Below, piece by piece: positions 1 through 9,027 of a stretch of DNA of 24,000 nt. A program made the position numbers and the translations under genes. Under the pieces are notes generated by a model. It worked only from the letters and a program-made list of their open reading frames with translations, was not told where the DNA came from and did not search any database. Origin of the DNA: Candidatus Lokiarchaeum ossiferum. Lineage in GTDB: Archaea; Asgardarchaeota; Lokiarchaeia; Sigyniarchaeales; Promethearchaeaceae. Each line of letters begins with the position of its first letter. Position 1 is the stretch's first letter. The stretch is taken from assembly GCA_025839675.1 (NCBI GenBank), contig CP104013.1:4013487-4037486 (forward strand). Direction: 5' to 3'.

Positions 1-1804
1 GTTTTTGTAATAGAACTGCGTTTAGCGTCTCATTCGATTGATCCATTGGTAGCAAATGTTCAACGGATTCTGATATTACTGGGATTGGGCCTAAATCAGA
101 CATTTCAAATAGCATTCCTTTGATTGTTTCAAGGGCATAATCAGGGAATTCGGTAATATTAGCAATTTGATTTTGGCTAATATGTGAGATAATAACATCC
201 AATTTTGCAATCGCAATTCGTTCTCCCATAGAAATTTTTCCCTTTTCTTCATTGAGTAACTTTTTTTCGTGTTGGGATAAATTTGCAAGTTCACGGAAAA
301 AAAAACCTGCGAATTGCCAATATTTTTTTGTTTTCGCAATTTCTAACCCTGTTTCAAGGAAATTGCGTGATTGGGGTAATTTATCTTGGATAAAAGCCAA
401 TTTAGCCCTAATTTGTTTTATAAAAAGCAATAAAATTGTTGATTTTTCTTCCCATGCCAGCTCTTCAAGTTCCGATGCGAGATTGTGTGCTTTTTTAAAG
501 ATTTTAGGATTATTGAATAATTTTAATTCGGTAAGATATCCTTCCATTAAAAAAGATAGAGTGTAGCGCTTTAAATCTTGGGAAATAATTTCTTGAGTGC
601 GAATTTCTTCCAATATTTCCAAAGATTCTGCATAATCCTTGATATTTTCATTACTGCGTAAAATGAGTGCGTTTGATACCAGATAATATTGGGATATTAA
701 AATGGAACTATTCTTATTTTCAAGATAAATTCGTTGAATTTCATCAAAATACGCAATAGCTTCTCCACAATAACCATTTTCACAAGCTAAAAATATCAAT
801 TGGAATAATGTTTCCACAGTTACTTGATTATCCTCTACTTGTTTATCTATTTCGAGGGATTGTTGAAAATAAGAAAAAGCTCTTGAGAAATCGCCCTTAG
901 ATTGATAAATTAGGCCTAAATTGAAGAGTAAGATTGCTTTGTGGTTTTCCAAAGCTTTTATGATGTTGATTGTCCCATAAGACCAAGGTTCCAAAACCCA
1001 TTCAAACCCCTGTAATTCATGAACAAGTTTTCTCTTTTCTTCATCATATTCCTGTTGGATTTTCAGACTTCTTTGATAATAAGTTAATGCAGTGTCAATT
1101 TCGCCCCATATTCGATAAACTTCCCCAACATTGTTTAGCACAGGAATCAATAAAGCATGTTGTTCTAACTCTTCTCTGATTCCAACACTTTTGCGGAAGT
1201 GAATCATAGCATCATCAAATTGACCCAAATTTAAATCTAATGAGCCTAAATGATTCAAGACTAATGAAGTTCCAATATTGTTCTGTAATTTTTCAAAAAT
1301 CAGTAAGGATTCATGATATTTGCTTTGAGCAATATCATTATTGCCAGATATGCTATACAAAATTCCACTATTTATAAGAATTAGAGCTTTTAATTGGAGA
1401 TCTGTAGATTTTTCATACCCTTGATTAAATAATTCATGAGCTTCATCAAAATTACCTAAAAATGCCTCTAAACAACCCCAGCACAATTTAATTTTAGCGA
1501 GATATTTTCTCCGTAAATCGGGGTCATTTTTAACAGTAAGTACTTCTTCAATCTTTATTAATATCTTCCTGACTTCTTTAGTTCTTTCATAACTCCAAAA
1601 AATTGTGGCAATATCACAAAACGTATTGATATATTTCTCAGAGTTTTCTGTGAAATGGACAAAATGATTTATGTAAACCATTTCTTCCATAATTTGAGTT
1701 TCATTTTTTGTGATAATATACTCTTCTAAATGGGATTTCAGATTATTGAGTCGTTTTTCTGAAATTTCTCTTTGATTTTTACCAGAAGAATGATTTAGGC
1801 TCAT
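1..1804 (-). CDS. TPR-repeat protein, partial (C-terminus runs off the left edge); last visible residues begin a longin/roadblock-like module
   Basis: Absent from the ORF track because there is no in-window stop. Reading the minus strand from ATG at 1804-1802 gives 601 uninterrupted codons down to position 2 (MSLNHSSGKNQREISEKRLNNLKSHLEEYI...). Repeated TPR-like units include LILINSGILYSISGNNDIAQSKYHESLLIFEKL, LNHLGSLDLNLGQFDDAMIHFRKSVGIRE, LNNVGEVYRIWGEIDTALTYYQRSLKIQ and LFNLGLIYQSKGDFSRAFSYFQQSLEID. A stop-free run this long in an AT-rich sequence is strong coding evidence. Confidence 0.8.
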   Translation of the reverse strand, partial: MSLNHSSGKNQREISEKRLNNLKSHLEEYIITKNETQIMEEMVYINHFVHFTENSEKYINTFCDIATIFWSYERTKEVRKILIKIEEVLTVKNDPDLRRKYLAKIKLCWGCLEAFLGNFDEAHELFNQGYEKSTDLQLKALILINSGILYSISGNNDIAQSKYHESLLIFEKLQNNIGTSLVLNHLGSLDLNLGQFDDAMIHFRKSVGIREELEQHALLIPVLNNVGEVYRIWGEIDTALTYYQRSLKIQQEYDEEKRKLVHELQGFEWVLEPWSYGTINIIKALENHKAILLFNLGLIYQSKGDFSRAFSYFQQSLEIDKQVEDNQVTVETLFQLIFLACENGYCGEAIAYFDEIQRIYLENKNSSILISQYYLVSNALILRSNENIKDYAESLEILEEIRTQEIISQDLKRYTLSFLMEGYLTELKLFNNPKIFKKAHNLASELEELAWEEKSTILLLFIKQIRAKLAFIQDKLPQSRNFLETGLEIAKTKKYWQFAGFFFRELANLSQHEKKLLNEEKGKISMGERIAIAKLDVIISHISQNQIANITEFPDYALETIKGMLFEMSDLGPIPVISESVEHLLPMDQSNETLNAVLLQK

Positions 1805-1929
1805 ATTTTCATCCCATTTTAAATTCTAATTTGTAATTCTAAGGAATAATCTTATATTCAAAAAATATTTTCACTCCTAAATAGTTTCCCATTGTCTACA
1901 TATCTCCCAATATATTTCCTTTAAATTCA

Positions 1930-2727
1930 GTGATATCTGAAAAAATAATTGTGGTCTTGTTTAACGAACAACTGTTTTATTTAATTCTTAAATATGTGGT
2001 TTTAGGTATTGGATTACTCGTTTTTATTATATTATTTTTTGTTAAAGCAGGTTATGGAAGATATATATCAAAAAAATGGGGTCCCATGGTCAATGAAAAG
2101 TTGGGATGGGTGCTAATGGAGTTTATTTCTCCAGTGCTGGTTTTTGTTTTCTTTATTATCAGCGATCGAAAACAAGAAATTACCATGATTATTATTTTAT
2201 TGATCTGGGAACTTCATTATGTTCAACGAGCCTTTGTGTATCCTTTTCTTATGCGGGGTAAAAAAAAGATGCCTTTGTCCATTATACTTATGGGGTTCAT
2301 ATTTAACGGTTTCAATGGCTATTTACAAGGACGATACTTGTACAAACTTTCAGATTTAGATAAATATTCTCCCCAATGGCTTCTTTCACCTGCATTTATT
2401 ATCGGGACGATTCTATTTATTGTCGGATATGTCATTAATCTACGTTCTGATTTCATTTTACGTCATTTACGAGAACCAGGCGAAGATAATGGCTATAAAA
2501 TCCCTTATGGTGGTTTATTCAAACAAATTTCTTGTCCAAATTATTTTGGGGAGATTCTTGAGTGGATCGGGTGGACAATTCTTACATGGTCTTTAACAGG
2601 TTTAGTCTTTGCAGCATGGACTGCTGCTAATTTAATCCCTCGTGCATATTCGCATCACAAATGGTATTCCGAAACATTTCCCGACTATCCCAAGGAACGA
2701 AAAGCTATAATCCCTTACATTTTTTGA
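1930..2727 (+). CDS. 3-oxo-5-alpha-steroid 4-dehydrogenase / polyprenol reductase family (SRD5A-like) polytopic membrane protein
   Basis: N-terminal AGYGRY motif. C-terminal block YKIPYGGLFKQISCPNYFGEILEWIGWTILTWSL...HHKWYSETFPDYPKERKAIIPYIF closely parallels the SRD5A1/2 C-terminus as I recall it (NYFGEI.EW.G, YP..RK.IIPF.F). GTG start is needed to retain the GRY motif; the first in-frame ATG (residue 53) would delete it. Confidence 0.85.
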   Translation: MISEKIIVVLFNEQLFYLILKYVVLGIGLLVFIILFFVKAGYGRYISKKWGPMVNEKLGWVLMEFISPVLVFVFFIISDRKQEITMIIILLIWELHYVQRAFVYPFLMRGKKKMPLSIILMGFIFNGFNGYLQGRYLYKLSDLDKYSPQWLLSPAFIIGTILFIVGYVINLRSDFILRHLREPGEDNGYKIPYGGLFKQISCPNYFGEILEWIGWTILTWSLTGLVFAAWTAANLIPRAYSHHKWYSETFPDYPKERKAIIPYIF

Positions 2728-2752
2728 GAAGCCTTCCTTTTTTATCTTTAGC

Positions 2753-4114
2753 ATGGTTTCTTTTTCTGAAAATCGAAAAATCCCCTACCGAGTTATTTTA
2801 TGTAAATACAACGAAATCTCCTTAAAATCTTCTCAATATCAGAAAAAAATATTTCAAATTCTCATTGATTCGGTAAAGAAAATTTGTATTCGGGAAAATC
2901 TTCATCTTCAATCGGCACTGAATTTAAAGGGCAGATTACTGTTTTTTTTTAATTCTGAAGAGATTCCCGCTGCACTTTTCGTTTTTCGGCACATTATTGG
3001 ATTTCAATCGATTGCTCCTGCTATTAGTGTGAGTCGAAAATATGAGACTTTGAAACATGCGTTCATAGATTTTGCATTACAAGTGCTTCAAACGGGCGAA
3101 TCCTTTGCAATCAAGTTTAAATCGATTGTTCCTTATCCCATTAAAGCCGCAAAGGTCAAGAATGATTTCTATAATTTAATCCGGCAAGAAGCCAGAGTAC
3201 AAAATAAAAAGGTTTCTGTTAAAAACAAAGGGGCCACCCGGGAATTTACAATTGAAATTCGTGAAAAGGGAACATACCTATACGTAGAAGACATTCCTAC
3301 TCTGTGGGGAGGATTACCTATTGAAACATCAAACTCTTTACTTTATCCGTGGGATGATACTGTGGAAGAACAAATTCCGGCAAAATTACTTCTCCGTCGA
3401 GGTGCGATAATTGCCCCTGTGATATTTGACAATACCCGCTCTTCTCAAACTGTTACCCAAACCGAGTATTCACTTTCTTCGCATTCATCTTTATATGATT
3501 TAGCTAAGTATTATTCTGAAGAACTTCCAGTCATTATTCTTCCTGTTAAAAATCTTATTGAGACTCTCGATTCTATGATTCCTGCTGACCATTCTCCTTA
3601 TCCCTATTATTATGGATGCTTTCTAAAATTATTGGAAAAAATTGTACTCCAATCCAGAGATCGGGCTACTGCATTTTATGGTGATCGAAATCTCCATTTT
3701 CGTGGCTTTATCTCTAGTTTACATACTCAAATGCCTTCCTATCTGGCAATGGGGCAAAATCTAGCTATTCTTCAATTTGTCCCCGAAGCAGGGTTTTCTT
3801 TTGACGATATTCAGTTTATCATTAATGAATTTCGTAACCAAAACAATCAATTTTCATTTAACAAAGAAGTTCAACTTCTTCAAGAAAAATCACTGTTAAA
3901 CGCTCAGAAATCTGCGATCGTATCTAATTCTCAAGTTCCCTCTTTTCTTCTCCAACTAACCCATGGTGCAATACTCGATGGGCATTTTCCCACACCAGAA
4001 GAATTGGCAAAAGTGACATCCAATCCTCGAATTCGAAAACTAATTTCTTCAATTGTGCACAATAAAGAGATTCAAATGATTTCAGGAAAAATATTAGTAA
4101 AAAATAAGCAATGA
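2753..4114 (+). CDS. ThiI-like THUMP-domain protein with degenerate PP-loop (probable pseudoenzyme / RNA-binding paralogue)
   Basis: N-terminus YRVILCKYNEISLKSSQYQKKIFQIL resembles the ThiI N-terminal ferredoxin-like domain (E. coli [20 protein letters not shown]). THUMP-like middle region, then WGGLPIETSNSLLYPWDDTVEEQIPAKLLLRRGAII aligns with ThiI [35 protein letters not shown], but SGGFDS is replaced by PWDDTV. Downstream blocks are weakly retained (TAFYGDRNL.. vs ALVTGEALGQ; ILQFVPEAGFSFDDIQFII vs ILRPLISYDKEHIINL). Confidence 0.7.
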   Translation: MVSFSENRKIPYRVILCKYNEISLKSSQYQKKIFQILIDSVKKICIRENLHLQSALNLKGRLLFFFNSEEIPAALFVFRHIIGFQSIAPAISVSRKYETLKHAFIDFALQVLQTGESFAIKFKSIVPYPIKAAKVKNDFYNLIRQEARVQNKKVSVKNKGATREFTIEIREKGTYLYVEDIPTLWGGLPIETSNSLLYPWDDTVEEQIPAKLLLRRGAIIAPVIFDNTRSSQTVTQTEYSLSSHSSLYDLAKYYSEELPVIILPVKNLIETLDSMIPADHSPYPYYYGCFLKLLEKIVLQSRDRATAFYGDRNLHFRGFISSLHTQMPSYLAMGQNLAILQFVPEAGFSFDDIQFIINEFRNQNNQFSFNKEVQLLQEKSLLNAQKSAIVSNSQVPSFLLQLTHGAILDGHFPTPEELAKVTSNPRIRKLISSIVHNKEIQMISGKILVKNKQ

Positions 4115-4124
4115 AGACTGAAGA

Positions 4125-4607
4125 TTAATTCTCTATAAATTTTTCTAAGTTTCCAATTTTATTATTAAGCTCACTGATTCTTGCGGTTAAGGATTTCTTC
4201 TCAGATGGGGATAATTTCGCTTGTTGTAGTTGTTTCTGAACACTTTTAAGATCTTCATAGAGAACATCCAATTTGTCTAGCACTAATTTATTCCCAATCC
4301 GAAAACGACTATCATGAATCGTTGAGATTCCATTCACTAAGTTTTCTTTCTCTATCGCTGAAGAATATTTTTTCTTGAAATCTGCAAACTCTAGAGTGAT
4401 CTGTTCTTTTTGGGCTTCTAATTGTTGAAGTTGTTTTTTTAACTGGGAATTTTCTAAATTTAGCGATTCTATTTTCCTTTCTAACTCGTCAGTATCTACT
4501 ATTGATTTTATTTTAGCATTACTGGTCTTTTTTGGAGTAGATTTCTTGCTTTTTGTCGATTTTTTCCCGTTTTTTGTTATAGATTTCTTACTTGTTTTCT
4601 TCGCCAA
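4125..4607 (-). CDS. Protein with Lys/Ser/Thr-rich basic N-terminal tail and long coiled coil; function unknown
   Basis: MAKKTSKKSITKNGKKSTKSKKSTPKKTSNAKIKS followed by heptad-rich, Q/E/K/L-rich sequence. TTG start (4607-4605) is preceded by GGTGA (4618-4614) with a 6-nt spacer. Convergent with the ThiI-like gene, 10 nt between stops. Confidence 0.65.
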   Translation of the reverse strand: MAKKTSKKSITKNGKKSTKSKKSTPKKTSNAKIKSIVDTDELERKIESLNLENSQLKKQLQQLEAQKEQITLEFADFKKKYSSAIEKENLVNGISTIHDSRFRIGNKLVLDKLDVLYEDLKSVQKQLQQAKLSPSEKKSLTARISELNNKIGNLEKFIEN

Positions 4608-4744
4608 ATTTCTTCACCAATTTCCAAATTCCACGCTTGAGAATAATTTGATCTGGGATATTATAATAGTTAATTTTAAGAAAAAATTTGTCTGATTTAT
4701 TGGAAAAAGTTTGAAAAGTTTTTCACAGTTTTGTTGGAAAGTGA

Positions 4745-5377
4745 TTATGCATGTGCTAGTTGATCTAGATTTAGATTAGGAATAGGTTTTACAAAGGTAT
4801 AGATCCACCCTTGAATCAGAAAGGGTAGATGAAAAAGCAAATCTATGATATCATTATAAATCGAAGAAAGAACTCCATATATCTGGAAATAAACAATTTG
4901 GGTAAAAACCATCCAAAAAACAATCCAAAGAATGATGCATATCCGTATCCAGGAATAAACTAAGTAATTTTTTTGAAGTTTTATCAAACCTAAAATCGAG
5001 ATAGATAAACCCAAGAAAAGAAAACCTAAAGAACTCGCTATTATTATTTCTGTTCCCAAGGATGTGGGATTTTCACCCGTGAAGCGCGTAAATTCGTCAT
5101 AAATTCCCATTATGAATGAGAATGAAATAAATGTCGATCCCCACGCCACAAGTTTATTTGTCCCTTTCACTTCTGAAATCAAGATCAAAAAGATACCAAA
5201 ATAAATTAAAACTTGACCTATGGAAACCGGTGTGACTTGATAAATTAAGGATTTATATCGATAATATCCGTCTGAAGGAATTTTTCCCAAATACAAAAAT
5301 AATGTCCCAAAGATATTCCGTAGGATAATTCCGATTGTTGCCAATATTGATCCGCTAATTGTTAAGTACTTAACCAT
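4745..5377 (-). CDS. Polytopic membrane protein, unknown function
   Basis: 210 aa with about six hydrophobic segments (e.g. ILATIGIILRNIFGTLFLYL, IGQVLIYFGIFLILI, IIASSLGFLFLGLSISILGLI, ICIILWIVFWMVFTQIVYF). No recognisable motif. Confidence 0.6.
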   Translation of the reverse strand: MVKYLTISGSILATIGIILRNIFGTLFLYLGKIPSDGYYRYKSLIYQVTPVSIGQVLIYFGIFLILISEVKGTNKLVAWGSTFISFSFIMGIYDEFTRFTGENPTSLGTEIIIASSLGFLFLGLSISILGLIKLQKNYLVYSWIRICIILWIVFWMVFTQIVYFQIYGVLSSIYNDIIDLLFHLPFLIQGWIYTFVKPIPNLNLDQLAHA

Positions 5378-5603
5378 TTTACTCTTACTTACAATTCCTA
5401 ATTTTCTTATTTAAACCCAAATATCCCTAAAGCAACATTATTGTTATAAGAAAAAAAAAATACCTGCTTTTGGTTTCAACCTATATTAATGAATCGTGTA
5501 TTTAAAGTTTTCTTTCTCGAATAATTGAGGAAATTGCTGTGCTGGAGCAAATATTAAATATTGACGAAGATATAATTCGAATATAAATCTATGGTGATAA
5601 TAA

Positions 5604-6569
5604 ATGACCTTTAAGCTCACAAAATTTTCTGAAATTAACTTAGTATCCCTCTCATCCTTTATTTGGGAAAACTGCCTTGCTTTTAATAGAACTGAATTTA
5701 CTTCATCTGAATTGATCTTAAGTAAACTATTAGACCATCAATCTTCTCATGATGCTTCTTTACTCTTTTCATGGAAAGAAAATAATGAATTTCTAGGGGT
5801 TCTTTATTTATATCTTGAAAATTCACAATATAATATTATGAATCCTGGATTTTTTGGCCAATACCCTATAATACGAAAAGATCTTGATTATTCCCTTTCT
5901 TTATCAAATATTATAATAAACTTAATTCAAGTATTGCAAGAGATGCATCCTGAAATTACTTCCTTAAAGTTTGAATTATCCCCTGAACATAAAAAAATGC
6001 CAGAAACAAGTTCCATAGATGAAATAATGAACGATGCTGGATTTAATTGCGTCTACTCTAAATTGTCATTGGATTTAACCAACTATACTAGCAATACTAT
6101 CAATTCAATTTCCGGATTAAAATTTGAAAATTATTCTCCAAATCTTCAGAAGGAATTCTTCCATTGTTATTATGAGTCTTTTATGGATGCGGATCTCGCT
6201 TTTTTCAAAAATATGTCGGACGAAGAACGAAATGAGATGTATTTAGAGCTTCTTACACCAGAATATATGAATTATGCTGCTTCCTTCATTGTACGTAAAG
6301 AAAAACTAATTGTTGGTGGGGCGATTATTTGGAACTATAGTGAATCATCTGAGAAAAATGCACACCTCAACCTGATGTGCGTCCATCCTCACCATCAACA
6401 TCAAGGAATTGGACAAGTTCTTTTAGATCATGCCATTCAACATATTAAGCATCAAAAAATTCCTTCTCTCTCCCTTTATACTGAAAATGATCGTTCTCCA
6501 TACAAATTTTATACACAATTTGGGTTTCTTCCTGCTAATGGATGGAAAACCTTTATATTGAATATTTAG
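5604..6569 (+). CDS. GNAT-family N-acetyltransferase (GNAT core in C-terminal half, N-terminal half unassigned)
   Basis: Acetyl-CoA motif A-like LMCVHPHHQHQGIGQVLLDHAIQHI and terminal FYTQFGF. GGTGA (5593-5597) lies 6 nt upstream of ATG 5604. Confidence 0.7.
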   Translation: MTFKLTKFSEINLVSLSSFIWENCLAFNRTEFTSSELILSKLLDHQSSHDASLLFSWKENNEFLGVLYLYLENSQYNIMNPGFFGQYPIIRKDLDYSLSLSNIIINLIQVLQEMHPEITSLKFELSPEHKKMPETSSIDEIMNDAGFNCVYSKLSLDLTNYTSNTINSISGLKFENYSPNLQKEFFHCYYESFMDADLAFFKNMSDEERNEMYLELLTPEYMNYAASFIVRKEKLIVGGAIIWNYSESSEKNAHLNLMCVHPHHQHQGIGQVLLDHAIQHIKHQKIPSLSLYTENDRSPYKFYTQFGFLPANGWKTFILNI

Positions 6570-6601
6570 GATTCAATTTCTATCGATATTGACTTGCAAT
6601 G

Positions 6602-6633
6602 TTTTTTTGTTTTAGTTTTTTTCATCTTTTTTT
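6602..6633 (+). terminator. Cluster of three T7 runs downstream of the GNAT gene (archaeal oligo-T termination signal)
   Basis: T7 at 6602-6608, 6616-6622 and 6627-6633, starting 33 nt after the stop at 6569. Confidence 0.5.
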
Positions 6634-6744
6634 CTGTGCCGTCCAAAGTCCAATTTTCTCATATTATCACAAAAAACCCATATATTTTCATTTGAGGAAT
6701 AATTACTAAAAAACTGTACACATTACAGCCTAGGTGCAGATTAC

Positions 6745-8853
6745 TTGGTTACAGAAAAAGAATTTCGGGAAATAATTGAACGAACTGAAACATTGCATTT
6801 AAGCGATCCTCAAGAGGAAGAACAGTTTCTGAAAGAAAATCTTACAAAAAATCTTACCCAACCTCAATATATCACTCTCAATTTACAACTTGCCTACTGT
6901 TTCTTAGTTCTTTCTCGTTATAATGATTCTTATGAGTTATATTCGCAAATGAAAGAGTTTGCTTTAAAAGATAAGAATGAAGAGTTATATGCAGATACTC
7001 TTGAAGGGATTGGAAATACCCAAGTTGAAATCGGTCAAAAAAAAGAAGCTCGGAAGAATCTCTTGGAAGCAATCTCTATTTATCAGAAACTCAATCTTCC
7101 TGAAAAGGAATCCAAAGCATCCAATTGTCTGGCTGTACTCTATTTTCAAGCCAATGATTATGATGAGGCCATCAAATGGTATGAAAAAGCTCAAAATCTG
7201 ACAGATGACAAAAAGTCAATCCGGTTTGTTAATGCCCTAGGAAATTCGGGATTGATTTATCATTCTCAAGGTAATATGGAGAAAGCGGCTGAAATATATA
7301 GTCGAGCAGTTTCGATAGCAAAAGAATGTCATTATTCATTTGTGCGACTTATTTTTCAGGAAAAACTCGGAGAAACTTATCGAGAATTAGGGGATTTGGA
7401 AAACGCCGAGGCAAATTTTAACGATGCCTATCAATTTGCGGTAAAGATGCAAGATGATAAGCATATTGGTACTCTTTCAACCTTTTTAGCCAATTTTTGG
7501 TTAGAAATGGGTAATTTTCATAAGGCTTATACATACCTCCAACAAGGGTTTATTCATTTGAAAAAAGTCCATTTTCCCTTTGGATTACTGGACTGTTATT
7601 ATGTTTCAGCTCAATTTTGGCTCGCTAAAGGACAATTGGCTGATTCAAAGAAAGATTTATTTAAAGTTCTTGAAATTATTGAATCTAATGGGATTTTTGA
7701 AGTTGAATGTGATGTTTTAACAATGTTAGCTGAAGTGCATGAATCATTAGGCGAACTTGATGAAGCATTTCGCTGTCTCGTTAAAGCAGATAAATTAGCT
7801 CAAGAACGGAATTCTAAATTTCAACATGCTATGGTGTTACTTCAGCGGGCACGAATTAATATCAATCTTACCAAATTTAATGAAGCAATCATATTTTTGA
7901 ATGAAGTGCTCTGGATTGCTGGTGAATCCGAAGATCTCTATTTAGTCTATGAATCAAATTTTCTTTTCACCCAAATTTATTTAACCAAATACATTCGTAA
8001 TAAAACCACGTTTTCTTTTTATGAAGAGGCGTTAAAATATTTACGAATCGCATTACGTCTTACAAAAGAGAAAAAATTAATTCCCCGTTATATCAACACC
8101 CTTATTATAGAAGCATTATTAACTTCTTCCCAAAATGACTATCCATCTGCATTAAATTCTTTGAAAACGGCTCAAAAATATGCTGAAGAATCGCGTATGG
8201 ATAGAAAACTTCAAGAAATCAACGAACGTCTCAATTTTATTGAAAATACTTCCCCTTCCCATAAAATCTGTACTGCTCAACAAAATTTTGTTCTTGCAAT
8301 AGCTCTTGAAGATTTGCGACGGTTCACGTTTTTCTATCCCAATAATAGTTTAACCGAAAAGTTAACCGACGATTCTTTTATAGTAGCCTATGAGATTTTT
8401 AAAAATGGGGACCATAAAATTCTCTCGGTTGATAATACCCCGCTTGTTGATATCTCCTATTCCGCAGAAGTGGATCAGATGGGGTGTGTTTATGCGCGGA
8501 ATCTCTATAGCAAAATGAAAAATCGCATTGATTCTATGGGACCGTTCCCATTTGGCAAGAGATCAACCAGTTCTTTTCTTGTTAAGCTTCTTCTCGAAAC
8601 CAGTTCCCCCACTTCTGAATTGAATCTTCAAAAATCCATTTGTATTTTAGCCATTGTGTTTCCTCAAAAAATGAATTCTTTATTTTATGATAAAGAAAAG
8701 GTAGAGTGGTTAATCTATAATCGGTTTAATGCCATCAAAACTATTTCTCAAATAACCCCTGAATTGTTGCGAGATGTCAGATCTTATGTAATGCAAACCT
8801 TAATTGCAGAGTTGCAGAAAACTGTCGATGAATATCATTCGGCAGATATATAA
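6745..8853 (+). CDS. TPR-repeat protein with C-terminal longin/roadblock-like domain
   Basis: Many TPR-like units (NLQLAYCFLVLSRYNDSYELYSQMKEF, TLEGIGNTQVEIGQKKEARKNLLEAISIYQKL, SNCLAVLYFQANDYDEAIKWYEKAQNL, LGNSGLIYHSQGNMEKAAEIYSRAVSIA, KLGETYRELGDLENAEANFNDAYQFA). The last ~160 aa (from 8371) are non-TPR. TTG is the only canonical start after the in-frame stop at 6700-6702; GGTG (6733-6736) lies 8 nt upstream. Confidence 0.8.
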   Translation: MVTEKEFREIIERTETLHLSDPQEEEQFLKENLTKNLTQPQYITLNLQLAYCFLVLSRYNDSYELYSQMKEFALKDKNEELYADTLEGIGNTQVEIGQKKEARKNLLEAISIYQKLNLPEKESKASNCLAVLYFQANDYDEAIKWYEKAQNLTDDKKSIRFVNALGNSGLIYHSQGNMEKAAEIYSRAVSIAKECHYSFVRLIFQEKLGETYRELGDLENAEANFNDAYQFAVKMQDDKHIGTLSTFLANFWLEMGNFHKAYTYLQQGFIHLKKVHFPFGLLDCYYVSAQFWLAKGQLADSKKDLFKVLEIIESNGIFEVECDVLTMLAEVHESLGELDEAFRCLVKADKLAQERNSKFQHAMVLLQRARININLTKFNEAIIFLNEVLWIAGESEDLYLVYESNFLFTQIYLTKYIRNKTTFSFYEEALKYLRIALRLTKEKKLIPRYINTLIIEALLTSSQNDYPSALNSLKTAQKYAEESRMDRKLQEINERLNFIENTSPSHKICTAQQNFVLAIALEDLRRFTFFYPNNSLTEKLTDDSFIVAYEIFKNGDHKILSVDNTPLVDISYSAEVDQMGCVYARNLYSKMKNRIDSMGPFPFGKRSTSSFLVKLLLETSSPTSELNLQKSICILAIVFPQKMNSLFYDKEKVEWLIYNRFNAIKTISQITPELLRDVRSYVMQTLIAELQKTVDEYHSADI

Positions 8854-8888
8854 ACTGACTTTCATTCAAAAGGGTGTAGTAGTGGATA

Positions 8889-8901
8889 TTTTTCTTTTTT
8901 T
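8889..8901 (+). terminator. Oligo-T tract (T5-C-T7) downstream of the TPR gene
   Basis: tttttcttttttt begins 36 nt after the stop at 8853. Confidence 0.4.
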
Positions 8902-9027
8902 ACCCGTTATTAGTCATTTTTCTAATAAAAATTGATCTTATAGCCATTTTGAATCCTAGTAGGAAAGATATAAAAAACCTATCAACAACTTGAAGGTAAC
9001 AAACATTTTCACTCAAAGGTGTTCTTA

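Noticed and set aside
91-1179. Track ORFs 91..339 (-), 252..566 (+) and 970..1179 (+)
   Set aside because: All lie inside the 601-codon minus-strand TPR gene, in other frames or on the opposite strand. Their sequences are low-complexity with no motifs, so they are frame shadows.
6878-7201. Three 64-74-aa ORFs (6878..7072 -, 6977..7201 +, 6985..7194 -)
   Set aside because: They are embedded in the 702-aa TPR gene. In AT-rich DNA such short alternative-frame ORFs are expected by chance.
8859-9022. Imperfect direct repeat TTTCAYTCAAA(A)GGTGT at both ends of the TPR / surface-protein intergenic region
   Set aside because: The match is only about 15 nt with an indel. The second copy is explained by the GGTG RBS of the downstream gene. 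No mobile-element features lie between the copies.
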